Origin: an uncultured Candidatus Saccharibacteria bacterium
GTDB lineage: Bacteria; Patescibacteriota; Minisyncoccia; Phycocordibacterales; UBA1006
Reading direction: 5' to 3'
NCBI GenBank assembly: GCA_964592365.1
Contig: CAZQDL010000001.1
Location: forward strand, 13,198-77,197
DNA: 64,000 nucleotides
Program-made: the position numbers and the translations under genes
The notes under the pieces: generated by a model
Database searches by the model: none
Told to the model about the DNA's origin: nothing
Seen by the model: only the letters and a program-made list of their open reading frames with translations
Part shown: positions 61,980-64,000 of the stretch, in pieces
Numbering within the stretch: the stretch's first letter is position 1
Layout: each line of letters starts with the position of its first letter

Positions 61980-62003
61980 AAAAGTCTCCTTGAGGCTTTT
62001 TTT
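61980..62003 (+). terminator. Intrinsic terminator after the ncRNA
   Basis: AAAAGTCTC-CTT-GAGGCTTTTTT. Confidence 0.7.
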
Positions 62004-62041
62004 GTTTCATTGCATAACTCCTTGGTGTACAATGAACACAT

Positions 62042-64000
62042 ATGCCGCAATTCAATGATGTTGAACAAGATAAAAAAATTGATGAGATAAAAAGAAGAGA
62101 AGAGGAATCTTTTGTTGAACGAATTTCTGCAAAATTTAAACTACCGTATATAGATCTTTCTGGTGTAAATATTGAAACAGATGCTCTTATCTTAATTGAT
62201 GAAGAAACTGCAAGACGTGCTCAGATTGCAGCATTTAAACGAATTGGAACAGACTTGTACCTAGCGGTAAAATCACCAAATCTTCCTGAAACAAAGAAGG
62301 TTTTAGATTCTTTAGATCAGAAATATGCCTTAGGTATACATATGGTATCTGACAGAAGTCTAGAAAAGGCTTGGGATAGATATCAAGATGTTTCAAAGGC
62401 TCAATTAACTCAGGGTGGAATGCTTGATATTTCAGAAGAGGAACTTGCTGAAATCGCTGCTACTGTTCATACCAATGAAGAAGTTGCAATAAAGATACAA
62501 GAGGTACTTCAAAATGAACATACTAAAAAGATAACAGAATTAATGGAGGTAATATTTGGAGGAGCAATTGCAACGAAGGCTTCTGATATTCATATTGAAG
62601 CACAGAATGAACAAGTAAGGTTGCGATATCGTCAAGATGGAGTATTACAAGATATTGCAAATATTGATCATGAATCATATGCAAAGTTACTTTCTCGAAT
62701 AAAGTTGTTGTCAGAAATGAAACTTACTCAGAATAGTAATGCTCAAGATGGACGATTTACTATTGATTTTGATGAAAAAGAAATTGAAGTCCGTGTTTCT
62801 GTTATTCCAAGTGCGTATGGTGAATCTTTTGTAATGCGTATTCTTAACCCTGATGGTATAAAGGTGGGTATTGAGAAACTTGGTATTGAACCTAAGTTAT
62901 ACGAGATCTTGTTAAGAGAAATAAAAAAGCCAAATGGAATGATCCTCACCACTGGTCCTACTGGATCTGGAAAGACGACCACTCTCTATTCATTTTTAAG
63001 GAAGGTATATAATCCTGAAGTAAAGATACTCACTATCGAAGATCCAATTGAGTATCACCTTGAAGGAATTAGCCAAACCCAAGTAAAAAGAGAAAAAGGA
63101 TATGATTTTCAATCAGGTTTACGTGCAGCATTACGTCAAGATCCTGACATTGTAATGGTTGGGGAAATTCGTGATAAGGAAACAGCAACGATTGCTGTAA
63201 ATGCTTCTTTAACCGGACACTTGGTTCTTTCAACCCTGCACACCAATGGAGCAGCTGGAGTTATTCCACGATTGATTGATCTTGGTGTTTCACCACAAAT
63301 TTTAGCTGCAGCCCTATCCGTTTCACTAGCACAGCGACTCGTGCGAAAGGTATGTAGTAATTGTAGTACTGAAGTTGAAGCAAGCGAGCAAGAGAAACAT
63401 ACCATTACAGAGGTTCTTAAGAGAGCTCTTGAGAACGGAAAGAAAATCTCTGATTATGGTGTTTCCTTAGATCAAAAAATGATAGTTGCAAAGGCTAATG
63501 GTTGTGAGACTTGTAACAACACTGGGTATAAAGGACGGATTGGAATCTTTGAAGCTATCATCACTGATGAACGTATTGAAGAGCTTTTGAATAAAAAGCC
63601 TTCAGAACAAGAAGTAAGAAAGGTAGCTGAACAACAAGGACTATTAAATATGGCAGAAGATGGGGTTATTAAGATACTTAATAAGGTAACAACACTTGAA
63701 GAAGTTCAATCAGTAGTAGATCTTGAAATTAAAAAAATAGTTTCTCTATCTGAGCCCAAGCAAGACTTAATCGTAAAGGAACCTAATTTACCTTCTCCTA
63801 AAATGGTTGTTCCTGAAGATTCTATGGAAATTACTTTTCTTTTGGAATACCTACAGCAATTAGAAAATCAACAAGCTATTAATCCTGATGTTGATGTAAG
63901 TGAAAAGATACATGATCTTGAACATACCATCATTACCATCATGAGACACAAGGGACCTGAACACTTCAACCCAAATAAGCCACAGAAGGTTCAATCAAGG
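62042..64000 (+). CDS. pilB: PilB/GspE type IV pilus assembly ATPase (runs off the window; missed by the ORF track)
   Basis: MPQFND start; ASDIHIE, QDGRF, TGPTGSGKTTTLY, TIEDPIEY, LRQDPD, STLHTN, GYKGRIG; frame open to 64000. Confidence 0.9.
   Translation, partial: MPQFNDVEQDKKIDEIKRREEESFVERISAKFKLPYIDLSGVNIETDALILIDEETARRAQIAAFKRIGTDLYLAVKSPNLPETKKVLDSLDQKYALGIHMVSDRSLEKAWDRYQDVSKAQLTQGGMLDISEEELAEIAATVHTNEEVAIKIQEVLQNEHTKKITELMEVIFGGAIATKASDIHIEAQNEQVRLRYRQDGVLQDIANIDHESYAKLLSRIKLLSEMKLTQNSNAQDGRFTIDFDEKEIEVRVSVIPSAYGESFVMRILNPDGIKVGIEKLGIEPKLYEILLREIKKPNGMILTTGPTGSGKTTTLYSFLRKVYNPEVKILTIEDPIEYHLEGISQTQVKREKGYDFQSGLRAALRQDPDIVMVGEIRDKETATIAVNASLTGHLVLSTLHTNGAAGVIPRLIDLGVSPQILAAALSVSLAQRLVRKVCSNCSTEVEASEQEKHTITEVLKRALENGKKISDYGVSLDQKMIVAKANGCETCNNTGYKGRIGIFEAIITDERIEELLNKKPSEQEVRKVAEQQGLLNMAEDGVIKILNKVTTLEEVQSVVDLEIKKIVSLSEPKQDLIVKEPNLPSPKMVVPEDSMEITFLLEYLQQLENQQAINPDVDVSEKIHDLEHTIITIMRHKGPEHFNPNKPQKVQSR

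Noticed and set aside
61872-62090. 72-aa ORF in the track
   Set aside because: It overlaps the structured RNA, its terminator and the pilB start, and has no protein-like features
1467-63405. Numerous 60-160-aa ORFs antisense to or nested in long genes
   Set aside because: They are shadow ORFs of recognisable genes with no motifs or expression signals
46-64000. Alternative genetic code (TGA=Gly, as in Gracilibacteria)
   Set aside because: Conserved genes are full length under code 11 and TGA ends genes such as fic and ruvB

Overview
This is an AT-rich bacterial chromosome segment read with the standard genetic code. It contains the replication-origin region (jag-yidC-rnpA-rpmH-dnaA-oriC-dnaN). 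Gene content points to a Patescibacteria/CPR (Parcubacteria-like) episymbiont; this is an inference from the short trigger factor and YebC, the monoderm-type T4SS genes, PilB and many secreted Cys-rich proteins. Housekeeping genes include pgk, tpiA, nusA, rsmA, pcrA, rpsO, tig, clpP, hup, cca, xth, a Xer-type recombinase, ppa, ruvC, ruvB and a class A PBP, plus three tRNAs and a parS cluster. Main observations: (1) two apparently Bacteroidota-derived genes, a complete T9SS-type cargo protein and a Flavobacterium-type DksA, suggest a host link or host manipulation. (2) Three paralogous secreted fibre proteins, two of which have nested 'Matryoshka' thrombospondin/Cys modules, with exact DNA duplications on both sides of the head in one. 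(3) About 30 genes have a -10 hexamer 6-9 nt before the ATG and bidirectional terminators, implying leaderless, largely monocistronic expression. (4) An unannotated 6S-like RNA sits behind DnaA boxes. (5) Twin operators precede a Fic-HTH gene, and a dispersed inverted element lies beside the recombinase. All family assignments come from motif recognition by eye, not database searches. Many CDS starts were moved downstream of the ORF-track starts.
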